A stretch of 64,000 nt of DNA, taken from positions 103,416,001 to 103,480,000 of the forward strand of contig OX597821.1 of assembly GCA_951406725.2 (NCBI GenBank). The letters are read 5' to 3'. This document shows positions 13,134 through 28,900 of this stretch, one piece after another; position 1 is the first letter of the stretch; each line of letters starts with the position of its first letter. Source of the DNA: Octopus vulgaris. Taxonomy: Eukaryota. Position numbers and translations under genes: made by a program. A model generated the notes under the pieces. It searched no databases. It was not told the DNA's origin and saw only the letters and a list, made by a program, of their open reading frames with translations.

Positions 13134-15395
13134 GCGAATGTATGTTTTTCTGATCTGTTTAACTTTGGATATGCGTGCGATTAATGTGTACATGTGTAGT
13201 GTACAGTTATAAATCAACATTGCCCCGCTCTATTTGAAGAATTGACGCCAGAACTGGTCAGTTCTGGTGAAGAGATCACACTCAATAACAATTGAGGAGA
13301 CAACCTGATGCCAAACAACCGTCTACCAAATTTGTACTTTTACAGAGATATTATTCTTTAACTAACCATCTGTAATATCATCTGAATGCTTGAAGAATGT
13401 GAATTATTTGACGCTTTTGCCCTTTCTTTGGCCAGAGAAAGAACAAAATGAAAGTAGTAAGAAAAGCGAAAGATACGCAGGAAAAAATTTCGAGCTGTGA
13501 ATTTATCAGTATGTGATCTGACTGTATCTTTCCTATTCGAAATATTGCATTTATGTACTGATTAATATTTAGAGATGATTTAGATGTTTTGGGGAGATGT
13601 TATAGATTTGATATTTAGGATTACGCATTAATATCCATTCGCATGCCAGACTCTAATATCTATGAGAAGGTTAAAAAATATCAGCAGGTATTGATGTAGT
13701 TTGATGGAACATAAATACACGTACAAGATTTTTCGCTGCTTATTTTACTTCTTGTTGTAGAAATAATTTGTAGTTTTGTCGGAACAGTTATATTGTTAGT
13801 ATTTTCGTTGTTGGTATTTTTGTTGTTGGTGTTGAACTCTCTCGATAGGTCAATATATCAGCAGGTATTGATACATTGATGTGGCTTGGTGATAAATAGA
13901 TATGCCAAATTTTTCAGAGATGATTTCGCTTTCGGTTGGAAATGTTGGTTATACTTGGTGCGTGAATATTAATGTGCTGCAGTGCCTGCTGTCGAAGGCC
14001 CATCAATACCGTTTCAAAACCCGTGTTGATAAAAACAATTGGAGGGTTAGCGTTGGGTAAGCATAGCATCGTATAAAATAGTTGACCGCTACCAAAGTAC
14101 CGGTCATCTCTGTCAAACAGCTACTGTTTAACATGCAAATGAACATCTTCTGGATACCTCCACACCAGTGCCTGCAGTGGTCACTGAAGAGTCCCAGGGA
14201 GAAAAGGCATCTGAAGAAGAAATGGCTGGTAGTAGAGATGGAAGACCTCGTGAGTGATAGCAAGAACTGTGATGAGGCATAGAAAGTAGCAGTTGATAGA
14301 TGGTGACTTGAAGACTCTTGGAGCCTGGTGTTCTCCGATTAGTAGAACCTAACTCCCGTATAGTCCGGGACGCAAGCCGATTATTTTTCCAGACCAAAAT
14401 ATGCCGCCAAGAAAGTTAGGTCAACACCAAGATAACTTTGGTGGATCAAAATTTCATGTGAAATAGTATTTGAAAAGATAGGGATCACGTTTGAATGCTT
14501 ACACTACATTTGGTAATATATGCTACATCGACTTGTGTACCGGAAAATACGGAAATTAAAATTTTGTCCTGTTCTACTCTGTGTCAAACGGTCGAAAGAG
14601 CAGCAGGCATTGGAGTGCTTAAAGAAAACTAAATTATACAATATTTTCCAGGGCTACTTTTGTTTCTAGCTACGAAGGCAGCTTAAACTTGTGCCGTGGA
14701 TATATTGTTGTTGATGGTATAGTTATTGTTGGATTTTAACCCTAAATCAACGCAGATCCGGAAGACATTTCAGGCGGCTTTGCTTAAGTTATATTGTATG
14801 TATAAGTACGTTACATAATATTCTTCTCAACAATATAGCATGATCCGAGAAAGAGCTGATTGACATTTCAAGAAGACACATGAATCTAATATGAGGGAGA
14901 CATAGTTACTAATAATCTTACGTCGAGAGAACATATAGTCTTCTTCACCAAGTTAGTTGTTACAGTTTAAAATTCTAATAGACGAGAATATATGGTTTAT
15001 GTTGAGACAAACAGTGGAAGGGCAATTTCTATGGAATATTTGATAAAATGGCGCTCGTAAAAACAGTCTGTAGTAAACTAATTGGTAGTGATAATGGCGT
15101 CGGTAAAACGAAGTTTGATGTAGCGGTGTGTGAGAATTCAGTTGCAATTTATAGCATTGATATGGAAGGTGATTATGAATACAGTGTAAGATGCTAAATC
15201 GTCCATTTATTTTGGTTTATCGTATATTGATTGGATTACAACTTAACCCACATGCTCTATCATTGCAATATTTTTCATTTCAACTTTATACAAAGAAATC
15301 ATGTGTCTATACGACCATATTGTCGCGCTGATATGCAATCAGCCTGTGCTTACAGTCATTTTCCTCCTGTCCATACATCACTGATATACATACGT

Positions 15396-15478
<83 letters not shown>

Positions 15479-15490
15479 CATATATATATA

Positions 15491-15529
<39 letters not shown>

Positions 15530-16407
15530 ATGCATATATATATTTATACATATATACATGCACACACATATACACACGTATACATACATGCATAAACACA
15601 CATACGCGCGCGCACATATATCATAGATACATGACATATTCGATATAAAATCAAATGTAGCCATTTCTTTTTTCTCTCTCTCGAAAACGACGCAAATATT
15701 TATGAGTCTTTCATTACGCTGTTCAGCAGAAAAAGTATTGATAAGAAACATAATACAACAAAAACATAAATAATAATTAATGATGATGCCTATAACACAT
15801 TTCTGTATGATTGAAATGGGCCCCTGTGACAGATAATATAAATGTAAACGTGTGTGTGTGTATATAGGTGTGAATATGTCTGTTTCAGTTTCGAACCTAT
15901 ATCCCTCTGTGTGTTTATGTGTGCTTCTCTCTGTGTGTGTACGTGTGTGTATATCAAACTGGTTTGTGTTTAGAGTCTTTGTATCGAGCACGTTACCATG
16001 TTAGCTCTGGTTCTAGTTGCTCTAAGTTCAAATCTCGCTGAAGTCCACTTAACTTTTCAATCTGAAGCTAGTTTGTTTTCATTCTTAACTACCGATCCAC
16101 TCTGATACTATTAATTCTATCAGAATTGTTTCATAGACACTTGCACTCTATTGGCCAATAAATCTCTTAGCCGATAAAGATCTACCCCAGCAGATTTCCA
16201 CCTTTGGATATTTGCGTGCGTAATGGTACCAGATTTCCTTTCTTCCTCGAACACATTGACTGTAATCGTCTCCTTCTTTTATCCTCTATCTTTTCCTTAT
16301 TGTCTTTATTATCCCCATCCACTAAATTTTTCCCTACAATAACCTGTTCCCTTCAGTAATCAGCCTTATGTTAATTCTTACATTTTCGTCAAGATCCACC
16401 AAATAGA

Positions 16408-16776
16408 TACTCTTTTTACTCTTTTACTTGTTTCAGTCGTTTGACTGTGCTCCATACTGGAGCACCGTCTTTAGTCGAGCAAATCAACCGCAGGACATTC
16501 TTTCTAAGCTTAATACTTATTCTATCGGTCACTTTTTGCCGAAACACTAAGTAACGGGGACGTAAACACACCAGCATCGGTTGTCAAGCGATATTGGAGG
16601 CGGGGGGACAAACACACACACATATATATACATATACATGACGGGCTACTTTCAGTTTCCGTCTACCAAATCCACTCACAAGGCTTTGGTCGGCCCAAGG
16701 TGCCACGCAGTGGGTCTAAACCCGGAACCATGTAGTTGGTAAGCAAGCTACTTACCACACAGCCACTCCTGCGCCT
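16408..16776 (-). mobile_element. family B SINE, near full length
   Basis: Minus strand has an AGGCGCAGGAGTGGCTGTGTGGTAAG head and a tail ending in (AAAAGAGTA)-like repeats. Confidence 0.88.
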
Positions 16777-17449
16777 ATTCCACGTCTGATTTTAAAATCA
16801 AATGGCAAGTATGTTTACATTGCCAATTTCTTATTTTGAGATCTACTCATTACTGCATTAGGTCATCGATGTACCCATGGAAGACGAGCAATGACTCAGA
16901 AACTAGTCTCTGGAAGCTGGCTTAGCTGGGTGGGAGTGCTTATCTCCCCCTTGTAAACATAAGGACACAGGATATGTGTCAAGGCTGATAGGAGGCGGTG
17001 CTGCTTCCTAGGGCTAAATAGCAGTAGTGTTATTCCTTTCATGGGAATGTCACATTAAGTTGACACCATACAACTACTGTATTAATAATATTTTTTAAAC
17101 ATTGAACGGCTATGAGGATCCAGGCCAGTAAACTAGGAATTAATGGGGTTCAAAGGCAAAAAAGGTTGAGAAACATTGGGTTCAATCCACGATCATCAAA
17201 TTTCATGTTTCTAGGGTCCTCGGCTTCTATAGTTTCTGCTTTACATTTGAAAGTATTTCCAGTAACGCTGGCCAATTCAATTCTCTTTTATGTCTGTTTT
17301 CAACTTCTTACTCCTGATCTCAATGCAAGCATTGTAGTCACCGGCTTCACTGGAATGGTTCCATTGCCCTTATTCTCTAAAGATTAATTTAGGTTTTCTT
17401 GTGCTGCTTTTTGAAATTCCTCGTTGATCTTTCTCTGCGTTTCTTCAAG

Positions 17450-17850
17450 AAGGCGGCGAGCTGGCACAAACGTTAATATGTCGGGCGAAATCCTTAGCGG
17501 CATTTCGTCTGCCGCTACGTTCTTAGTTCAAATTCCGACGAGGTCGACTTTGCCTTTCATCCTTTCGGGGTCGATTAAATAAGTACCAGTTACGCACTGG
17601 GGTCGCTATAATCGATATAATCTATTTGTCTGTCCTTGTTTGTCCCCTCTGTGTTTAGCCCCTTGTAGGTAGTAAAGAAAGATGTATTCCATCTGTCTCT
17701 ACATTCTGAGTTCAAATTCCACCGAGATCGACTTTGCCTTTCATCCTTTCGGGGTCGAAAATTAAGCACCAGTTGCGTGCGTACAGGGGTAGATCTAATC
17801 GACTGCCCCCACTAAAAAAAAAATTCGGGCCTTGAGCTTAGAGAAGTAAA
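17450..17850 (+). mobile_element. family C SINE, internally duplicated (dimer-like)
   Basis: AGGCGGCGAGCTGGCACAAACG head; the B box plus central block occurs twice. Confidence 0.85.
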
Positions 17851-17870
17851 GAGAGGGAGTTAAACACTCT

Positions 17871-17928
<58 letters not shown>

Positions 17929-18065
17929 GCTGCTGCTGCTACTGCTGCTGCTGCTGCTGTTGGTAGTGCTGCTGCTACTCCTCCTCCTCCAACTGCTGCT
18001 GCTGCTACTACTACCACTACTACTGCTGCTGCTGCTACAACAATAGCTACTACTACTACTGTTGT
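17871..18065. repeat. (ACT)n/(GCT)n compound trinucleotide repeat
   Basis: Directly visible. Confidence 0.9.
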
Positions 18066-18066
18066 T

Positions 18067-18280
18067 AAGGCGGCAAGCTGACAGAATCGTTAGCTGGGTA
18101 AAATGCTTAGCGGTATTTTGTCCGTCTTTAAGACGATTTGTGCTTAAATTCCGCCGAGGTCGACTTTCCGTTTCGTCTTTTCGAGATCGATAAAGTAAGT
18201 ACCAGTTGAGTACTGGGGATCGATGTAATCGACTAGCCCCCTCCCCCAAAACTTTTGGCCTTGCGCCTATAGTAGAGAGG
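18067..18280 (+). mobile_element. family C SINE followed by (ATT)n
   Basis: AGGCGGCAAGCTGACAGAATCGTTAGC...GGCCTTGCGCCTATAGTAGAGAGG-ATTATTATT. Confidence 0.85.
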
Positions 18281-18989
18281 ATTATTATTATTATTATTAT
18301 CATTATTGTAACCATCATCGACATCATCATCAAAAATACCACCAGCACCACAAGTGCTTTTCTTGTTATTTACTTTTTTTTATTGTTGTTGCAGAGTAGA
18401 TTAAAATGATATTGGAAATTGATGAAGATAAAAATGATAGAAAAATGGAATACTGGCGGTAAAGACGAGGATGAATACGATAATGAAGATAATTGCGATG
18501 ACGAATCCATTCTGATGTTGATACTAAAGTGGTTTGTGGCGACGACAACGATAACGACAGCAGCAAAAGGAAAAAAAAAAAATGATGATGGAGATGGCGA
18601 CAACGACAACGGAGACGTCATCGAAGACGATGATAATATCGATAACGTTTGTAGTGATGATAAGAAGCAGAGCCAAAAGCTTCAGCCATTATCAGCCGGA
18701 GGAATAACATGATAATCATTAGAAAATGTCACCTCGGTGAAGAGAGATTTCCTGAATAATTCGTCATATTATTTCAACTGTCTTCGGAGGATTTCGCATC
18801 ATTGCCTCCTTCTGTGAATCTATTTCATTGCTCACACGCACGCGCACACACACAAACACACACACAGACTCACGTACATACATACGCACGCACACATACA
18901 CACATACACATACTCACACGATGAAACTTACATGTGTGGACACATGCAGACACACATGAAGCGACACAAATACACACAAGTGCGTGTGA

Positions 18990-19033
<44 letters not shown>

Positions 19034-19429
19034 AAATATAATCCCATACACGTATATACATTCATATGTGTGAGTGTGTGTATGTACAAATATACACATT
19101 TACACACACACACACGCACACACACAAACACACACATATAAATATATATATAAGCGCACATGCTCAAACACATGTGCATATGTGTGTATATAGATGTGTG
19201 CGAATGTGTATGGTGTGCATGCTTTTATATTAATACATATGTAAATCTATATTTACATGCACACATGCACGTGTGCGCACGCGCACACGCATACACACTC
19301 GTGTGTTTAATATTCGTGATTGGGCATGAGTATATGACTATATGTGTGCATGTGTCTTTACAAGTTTATATCCGTGTCTGATCATATCTGTATCCAAGGA
19401 CGCCGATGTCTTACCTAACGCGTCTTACA

Positions 19430-21120
<1,691 letters not shown>

Positions 21121-21445
21121 TCAAATGATCCCTGCCTGCTCCAGCAAATTCATTTTTCTATAAATAAATAGGAGTTTACGAAAATAACAGAAGCGGGGAG
21201 TAAAGAATCTGAATAAAGAGGTTAAATTAAGCCTTAGCAATTATAGCGGCAAATCAATACGATGGAAACGTTTGAAAAAGGAGAGTTAACGAAAATATCC
21301 ACATCGCATAGGAATAATTTGAAAACATCTTTAAAATTATCAAGAGAACGATGGCGGTATTGATTAACTCCATCTTGAAAGATCAGTTATTCTCTCTCAT
21401 AAATTATTGTTTAACTTTCTATTAAGATGCGAAGGAAGATAGCAA

Positions 21446-21450
21446 TATTA

Positions 21451-21515
<65 letters not shown>

Positions 21516-21579
21516 CATTATTGCTATTATTATTATTATTATTATTATTATTTTATTATTATTATTAATCAATAATAAA

Positions 21580-21612
<33 letters not shown>

Positions 21613-21688
21613 GATAATAATGATAATAATAATAATAATAATAATGATAATAATAATAATAATAATAATAACAGCAACAACGATAGTA

Positions 21689-21767
<79 letters not shown>

Positions 21768-21850
21768 TAATTATAAAAATAATAACAGTAGTAATGATAA
21801 TAATAATAGTAGAAACAACAACGATAGTAATAGTAATAATAATAATAATA

Positions 21851-21921
<71 letters not shown>

Positions 21922-21940
21922 GGATTATTATTATTACTAT
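21446..21940. repeat. (ATT)n then (AAT)n compound microsatellite
   Basis: Directly visible, with a strand switch near 21560. Confidence 0.93.
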
Positions 21941-22323
21941 TATTTTTAACGTTTTTGTTATGACGAAGATAATGATGATGATTATGATGATGATGATTAT
22001 GATGATGATAATAACAATAGCAACAGCAACAACAACCACAACAGTAATAATATGTTTTTATTTTCAATCCAATGTCACAAAGACCTTGAAATATAGAAAA
22101 TAAGTTGGAATGTTATTTATTTAAATTACGAATTTTAGTAAAAGATGAAAGAATACTGAGAAGAAAAGGAACAATTCAGAAATTAAGTTTATATAGAATT
22201 AAAATAAAGACATGGTTGTATAAGAAATGCATGTCTTTCTCTTAATGAAGAATAATTATCCTGATGAATGCATGTTGATTCAGTGAAAGTGATCTATCCA
22301 TCTCTCTCTATCTGTATTCATAG

Positions 22324-22446
22324 ACAAATGGCTTCACATTGCTTCCACGTATTCAGCTGAAATGAGTACCAAACGAGTGGTGGTAGATGTATCCGCCTCC
22401 ACTCACGACATGGATGTTCCAGGATTCAATACCAAGCGGACCGAGT
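22324..22446 (+). CDS. candidate internal coding exon, LamG/pentraxin (ConA-like) beta-strand motif
   Basis: Pyrimidine-rich acceptor tctctctctatctgtattcatAG and donor GTatgg. Length is 123 nt with symmetric phase 1-1 and an open frame: (x)[40 protein letters not shown], resembling W-x-H-I-A-x-T-Y...V-D. No partner exon was confirmed. Confidence 0.42.
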
Positions 22447-22470
22447 GTATGGATGTATATACACACACAG

Positions 22471-22527
<57 letters not shown>

Positions 22528-22554
22528 GGTATATATATATATATATATATATGT

Positions 22555-22683
<129 letters not shown>

Positions 22684-22717
22684 GTATATATATATATATA
22701 GATGGATAGATATATAC

Positions 22718-23020
22718 TGGAGGTGCAATGGCCCAGTGGTTAGGGAAGCGGACTACCGGTCGTAGAATCGCGGTTTCGATTCCCAGACCGAGTGTTGTGT
22801 GTGTTTATTGAGCGAACTAAAGCTCCACGAGGTTCCGGCAGGGGGTGGTGGTGACCCATGTTGTACTCCTTCGCCCCAACTTTCTCTCAATCTTTCTTCC
22901 CGTTTCTTGAGTAACTCTGCGATGGACTGGCGTCCCGTCCAGCTGGGGGGAACACATACGCCATAGAAACCGGGAAACCGAGCCCATGAGCCTGGCTAGG
23001 TTTGCAAAAGGCGCATAAAT
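22718..23020 (+). mobile_element. family A SINE with a third tail type
   Basis: TGGAGGTGCAATGGCCCAGTGGTTAGGG head; tail CTGCGATGGACTGGCGTCCCGTCCAG...GAAACCGGGAAACC, shared with 47410-47714. Confidence 0.85.
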
Positions 23021-23319
23021 GATATATATATATATACATATGGTTCGAGTTAATTGCTTACTACGTCACCGGTATTGGGACAATTGAGAATGGGGTACTT
23101 ACGCACTACGTCATCAATATTTAGTTGCTCTTGGTGAGGGAGCCGGGTTTCTGATTAAATATGTAAGGGTTAATACTCTTAGTTTTAATACTTGTAGTTT
23201 TATTGTTTTTGATTAGTTTTATTGTCTTTTAAACAGTTTAATTAGTTTTAAAATTAGCAAGGTTCATAATATTAGTTTGTTACAAGTACTTTTATTAGTC
23301 CCTATGTAATGAAATTTAA

Positions 23320-23539
23320 CCTTTTAGCATTCAGATTACTCTGTCAGATGTAAAGTCTGTTTAAACACATTGTTTTAAATTAATGGTACAGCATCTTGTA
23401 ACTCTGAAATTTTGATGATGACCCTGTTTATCTTTAGAATGACTTTGTAGGGTAGGTGTGAGAGGTCAGAGCTGGCTGGTTTGAGCATAAAACATGGACA
23501 CAATTTTGGCCTGATATGGCCGGTTTAAACACTAAAGGG
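23320..23539. mobile_element. TTAA-flanked MITE (piggyBac-type)
   Basis: TTAA|CCTTTTAGCATT...AACACTAAAGGG|TTAA, 220 bp; duplicate at 34910-35129. Confidence 0.8.
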
Positions 23540-24269
23540 TTAAGTAAATATTAGTCACTGGTAATTTAATATTATAACTTGTAGTGATATGTTAAGGAGT
23601 ATGAAGTGTTTTATTATTAACTTTTGAATGATGAAATAATATATTTCACTCATAGAAATATTAAATTAATTTCAATCGTGTTTTGTTTGGGAAAAAAAAA
23701 ATTGTAAGTTTTGATCATTCATCATAGTAATATCTATGAAAGACCGGTGGGATTATTATTTATATGCACTTCAAGATGGATCGCAATTTAGCATATAATT
23801 TAGTTGATGCAGTTTATTATTTATACCGATACAATTTATGTTGGTTTAAATATCTCTTGTTGTAGGTTTAGTAAGGCTAGTGTTTAATCCTGCCTATGAA
23901 TTGATTGATTGAAATAATGTGCTTATTAAGCTTTACTTTTATATTAAAGTACGGAAGACTTTAGGGATTATAATTTTCTTATGACTTAATAGAGTTGTCG
24001 CTGTTTAGTTACCTATTTAGGAGGGGATGTCATTTACTTATGGAATTTATTTATCGATACGGTTGTACATTGTCTAAATGTGTTTGAAACTTGTGGTTCC
24101 TTCTCCTTGTTTGTTCCCAAACAACACTTTTTTTAGTGCTGTTGACATCGCCAGATTGAATGCTACTCTTCAGGTGTCGAAACCATAATGATATTCGTGG
24201 GGCAGCTGATGATGGCGGTATATTGGATTATTGGTATGGCTGTGGAATAGGATTATAACACATCTTTTC

Positions 24270-24343
<74 letters not shown>

Positions 24344-24344
24344 A

Positions 24345-24427
24345 CAGTGTACATTTAAATATCAGAGGACCCCTTACACGATAGGTGTCCTATGATGGAT
24401 ACTTCTTATGTGTTTAAATGTACACTG
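24345..24427. mobile_element. 83-bp Tc1/mariner-type MITE
   Basis: TA|CAGTGTACATTTAAA...TTTAAATGTACACTG|TA; duplicate at 35968-36050. Confidence 0.7.
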
Positions 24428-24730
24428 TATTTATATGAATAATATATAGTCTATTGGCTAAACTTTTACACCCTAGGCTACTGGTAGTAGACATTTCTAA
24501 TATTTCTTGTTATCCTTGATATTATTAATATATATATTTATGTATATATTAATTAATGAAATTCTAACTGGTTTTCACATTTTATTATTTAGAATGTTTG
24601 TTTACAGCTTGAGAATATTGAAAAAACTAGTACTTTCATGCGTTACGCCATCGTCAAGTTTATGTAGTGACGGTCGTTTTTCCACAATTGACAACTATTA
24701 ATTACGTGTGTATGTATAAACATATATACA

Positions 24731-24806
<76 letters not shown>

Positions 24807-25605
24807 AATATGTATATATATATTCACAATCTACACGCTTATATATTTATGTGTGTGCGTGCGTGTGTGTGTATGCCTGAATATATTTAATGTGAGATTT
24901 TCAACTTAAAGTAGAAATATCGGTTAAATCCTCTCCAACATCAAAAGGTAGATAAATGAAAAGTCAAATAGACCTCATATTATAGCATACACACACACGC
25001 TCACACACGCGTGCATACAATGCTGTTCCCTTGTTTGCAAATTGCCTATAATCCATTCACAGTCGAAATTTTCAATTGAAAAATGATGACACTATATTTA
25101 TTTGTAAAAAGATTATGAAATAGACAATGCATGTAAATGTGAGTGAATGCCTCTCTCAATCTCTCTCTCTCTATCGCTCTCTCTCACTCTCTCTCTCTAC
25201 CACTCTCTCTCAATCTCTCTCACTCTCTCTCACTCTCTTTCAATCTCTCTCACTCTCCATGTCTCTATCTCTGTCTCTCTCGCTCTCTCTCTCTTTGTCT
25301 GTCTCTCCCTATATATATACATACACATATAATGTTCGTATGCATATTGTAAAATATATGCATTATATATATTATAAGAATATAAATCTGCGTGTGTATA
25401 CACATACACACACGTGTGTATGTATATATATATATATATATACACGCAGGTTTAAATTAAAATTATATAAAAATATTATACGCTATGCACATAAATATCC
25501 ATACACACATACACACATATATGCATACATACACACATGCAGGCATATGTATAACCATATGAACATATTTCTGTGCGTGAGCATAAACACATTCACATTA
25601 ATATC

Positions 25606-25790
<185 letters not shown>

Positions 25791-26333
25791 CACACATATA
25801 TCTATACATATGTATCCGCACACAGAACATGTAATTGGCCTTTTGTTAACAAAACATCGAAATTCAATTTCATACATAAATATTTCCTATTATGTAGATT
25901 CGTGAATGAAAACCGAACGTTAAAGAAAACAGAAAAAATATAATAGAATCTATTATAATTACCAAAGTATTCAGTTGAATAACAATTTACTTAAAATACG
26001 GTCAATTTATGCGTATTATACCGAGTGTGGAAACGGAGAGACGTATTCTTTGCGTGCCTGGGGTGCGGGAGTTATTTTTAAACTATATGCAGCTAATGGA
26101 ATGGTTATGATATCAATGTTTCTTTCGTTTATATTCTCTCGGTGGCATTAACAGTAGTAAAAGATAATGGTTCCGTAAATAGTACTGGAGGTATAAACTG
26201 CAGCAATGTATTGCTGTAGACAGTTTTGGTGAATACTGTGTAGTGTATATTTAAATAATAGATTATACTGAACTGTAAAGTAGACGATAAATAAATATAC
26301 AAACAGCAACAATAACAACAACAACAACAAAAC

Positions 26334-26394
<61 letters not shown>

Positions 26395-26420
26395 CATAAT
26401 AATAATAATAATAATAACAT

Positions 26421-26768
26421 CAAGAGCACTAAGAGAGCTCAAACCTCTCGCAAGGCAACACCAACGTCCACTCAGATATTAGCCGGAGTCGATTTTTAAA
26501 ACGAGAATATCTGAAATAAACTCGACCGCTCTCACAAACGAGAATACTAAAAATAAACCCGACCGCTTTCAAAATTTAAGTATAAAAACAGGAAAAATAA
26601 TCCAGAATCTTTGTCCGCAACTAGATCAATTCGAGTTAGTTACAAGGCCAAACATCCCTGAAAGTTTCATCGTGATCCACCCAGCGGTTCTTAAGATATC
26701 TTGTCCACTGTCAAACAAACAAACAAACACGACTGAAAACAATACCCACCTTCGCTAAGGCAAAAGTA
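26421..26768. mobile_element. Helentron-associated non-autonomous element (HINE/DINE-like)
   Basis: Subterminal motif AAACCTCTCGCAAGGC, internal (AAAC)n, terminal hairpin-like TACC..CCTT-CGCT-AAGGC..GTA, inserted in (AAT)n. Duplicate at 38051-38400; partial relatives at ~29915-30130 and ~41550-41765. Confidence 0.6.
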
Positions 26769-26989
26769 ATAATCCTTTCTACTACAGGCACAAGGTCTGA
26801 AATTTCTTCGGGAGGGGGACTAGTCCATACATCGACACCAATGCGTAACTGGTACTTAATTTATCGACCCCGAAAGGATGAAAGGTAAAGTCGGCCCCGG
26901 TGGCATTTGAACTGAGAACGTTCATTTAAACACAGAACTGAGCATATAACCCAATGTGCTGGCGATTCTGCCAGCTAGCCGCCTTAATG

Positions 26990-27040
<51 letters not shown>

Positions 27041-27206
27041 GTCTCAAATTTTGCCACCAGGACAGCCATTTTGGGGGAGGGGATAGTCGATTACATCGAC
27101 GCCGCTGTTCAACTGGTACTTATTTTATCGACCCCAAAAGGATGAAAGGTAAATCCCACTAAATATTTTCCCCGGCGTGCTAATGATTCCGCCAGCTTGC
27201 AGCCTT
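26769..27206 (-). mobile_element. two family C SINEs in tandem, separated by (AAT)n
   Basis: Units at ~26769-26985 and ~27038-27206; duplicated at ~38401-38840. Confidence 0.82.
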
Positions 27207-27225
27207 AACGATAATGATGTTGATG

Positions 27226-27256
<31 letters not shown>

Positions 27257-27263
27257 CGATAAT

Positions 27264-27384
<121 letters not shown>

Positions 27385-27401
27385 TTGTTGCCTTAGTTAT
27401 T

Positions 27402-27968
27402 CTGATTGATAAATGGCAAGAAAATCCTCTCAATGGCAAATACCCAAAGAGAGCGAATAATGCAGATGTTGACAAAGCCCTGACCCATCAATGGCTAATG
27501 GCCTTTGGCTTAAAATCTGAAACAGAAGGGTTTATCATAGCAGCTCAAGATCAATGTCTACCTACAAGGAACTACCAGGCCAACATATTAAAGAACGGCA
27601 GTAGCCCAACATGTCGTGTATGTCAACAACAAAATGAAACCATTGATCATGTTGTCTCCAAGTGCAGTCTTCTTGCACCTACAGAGTATCTCAACAGGCA
27701 TCATAGAGCTGCACAATATATTCACTGGGTAATTTGCAAAAGCCTGGACTTGCCCGATGATAAAAACTGGTGAGAACACAAATCACCTCCAGTGCTTGAA
27801 AACGACCACATCTCACTCCTCTGGAACTTCACCATTCAAACTGACACAGAGATAGATGTGAATAGGCCAGACATCATATTGAAAGACTTCAGACAAAAAA
27901 CATGCCTCCTCATTGATATAAACGTATCTGTCCCAATCGATATAAACGTATCTGTCAAGACCTACCAG
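27402..27968 (+). pseudogene. Dong/R4-clade non-LTR retrotransposon fragment (zinc knuckle plus restriction-like endonuclease)
   Basis: Translates as KWQENPLNGKY...LKSETEGFIIAAQDQCLPTRNY...CRVCQQQNETIDHVVSKC...YLNRH...W*EHK...LLWNFTIQTD...NRPDIILKD...LID. Contains CCHC, RH and RPD...D motifs, with an in-frame TGA at 27771-27773. It begins about 20 bp after a long (AAT)n. Confidence 0.9.
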
Positions 27969-28481
27969 CAGTGTGATATTATTCGAATACATATTTTGTT
28001 AAATAAAATGATTCGTGACAAAACGCCAATTGTTTCGCTCCTCTGTATATTTGTAGCTAATTACTGCGGTATATTTTTATGTATTTATATATGTTGCTAG
28101 CAGTAGACAGTTTACTAACCCATAGTTATAGATGTGATTATAGGAGAGAATACCCATGTAAATTATATACGATTATCGGCTACTTTTAAGTGAGTGTGAA
28201 CTACGAATTCTAGCCACATTTGTCAGGCATCATGTATTCGGTGTTACAACATCCAGTGCAGGTGTTTTTAAGAGTTTGTGTAGGATTTATAACAGATGAA
28301 GTTGTCATTTCTGGCAGAGAGATCGACCATGTGCATACATCGATATTGACACTAACTATTCACCTACCTCGACACTATTTGTATAGATTTCTACATCGGT
28401 TAACGTTCAGTCGCTCTTTAACTTATGCCCATTAGTTATAAACCTGCAACATCAATCACAATATAAATAAATATGTAAATA

Positions 28482-28530
<49 letters not shown>

Positions 28531-28558
28531 CTTATATATATATATATGTATATATTTA

Positions 28559-28589
<31 letters not shown>

Positions 28590-28824
28590 GTATATATGTA
28601 TACATGTGTATATACGTATATATATGTATATGTATATATATATATACACACACACAGATTTGTATGTGTTACATGCACACGCGCATATATATATATATAC
28701 ATATACATATATATACATATATATGCATATATATATATATATACATATATATATACATATATATATACATATATATATGCATACATATATATATACATAT
28801 ATATATACATATATATATATATAC

Positions 28825-28900
<76 letters not shown>

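Noticed and set aside
22260-22300. CTGATGA...GAAA hammerhead-like string
   Set aside because: Stem II is imperfect, there is no C after GAAA, and stem I is not convincing; at best a very decayed relic.
23560-24250. AT-rich stretch with faint PLE RT-like peptides on the minus strand (similar hints at ~13400-13950)
   Set aside because: Too degenerate to support by eye; needs a frameshift-aware profile search.
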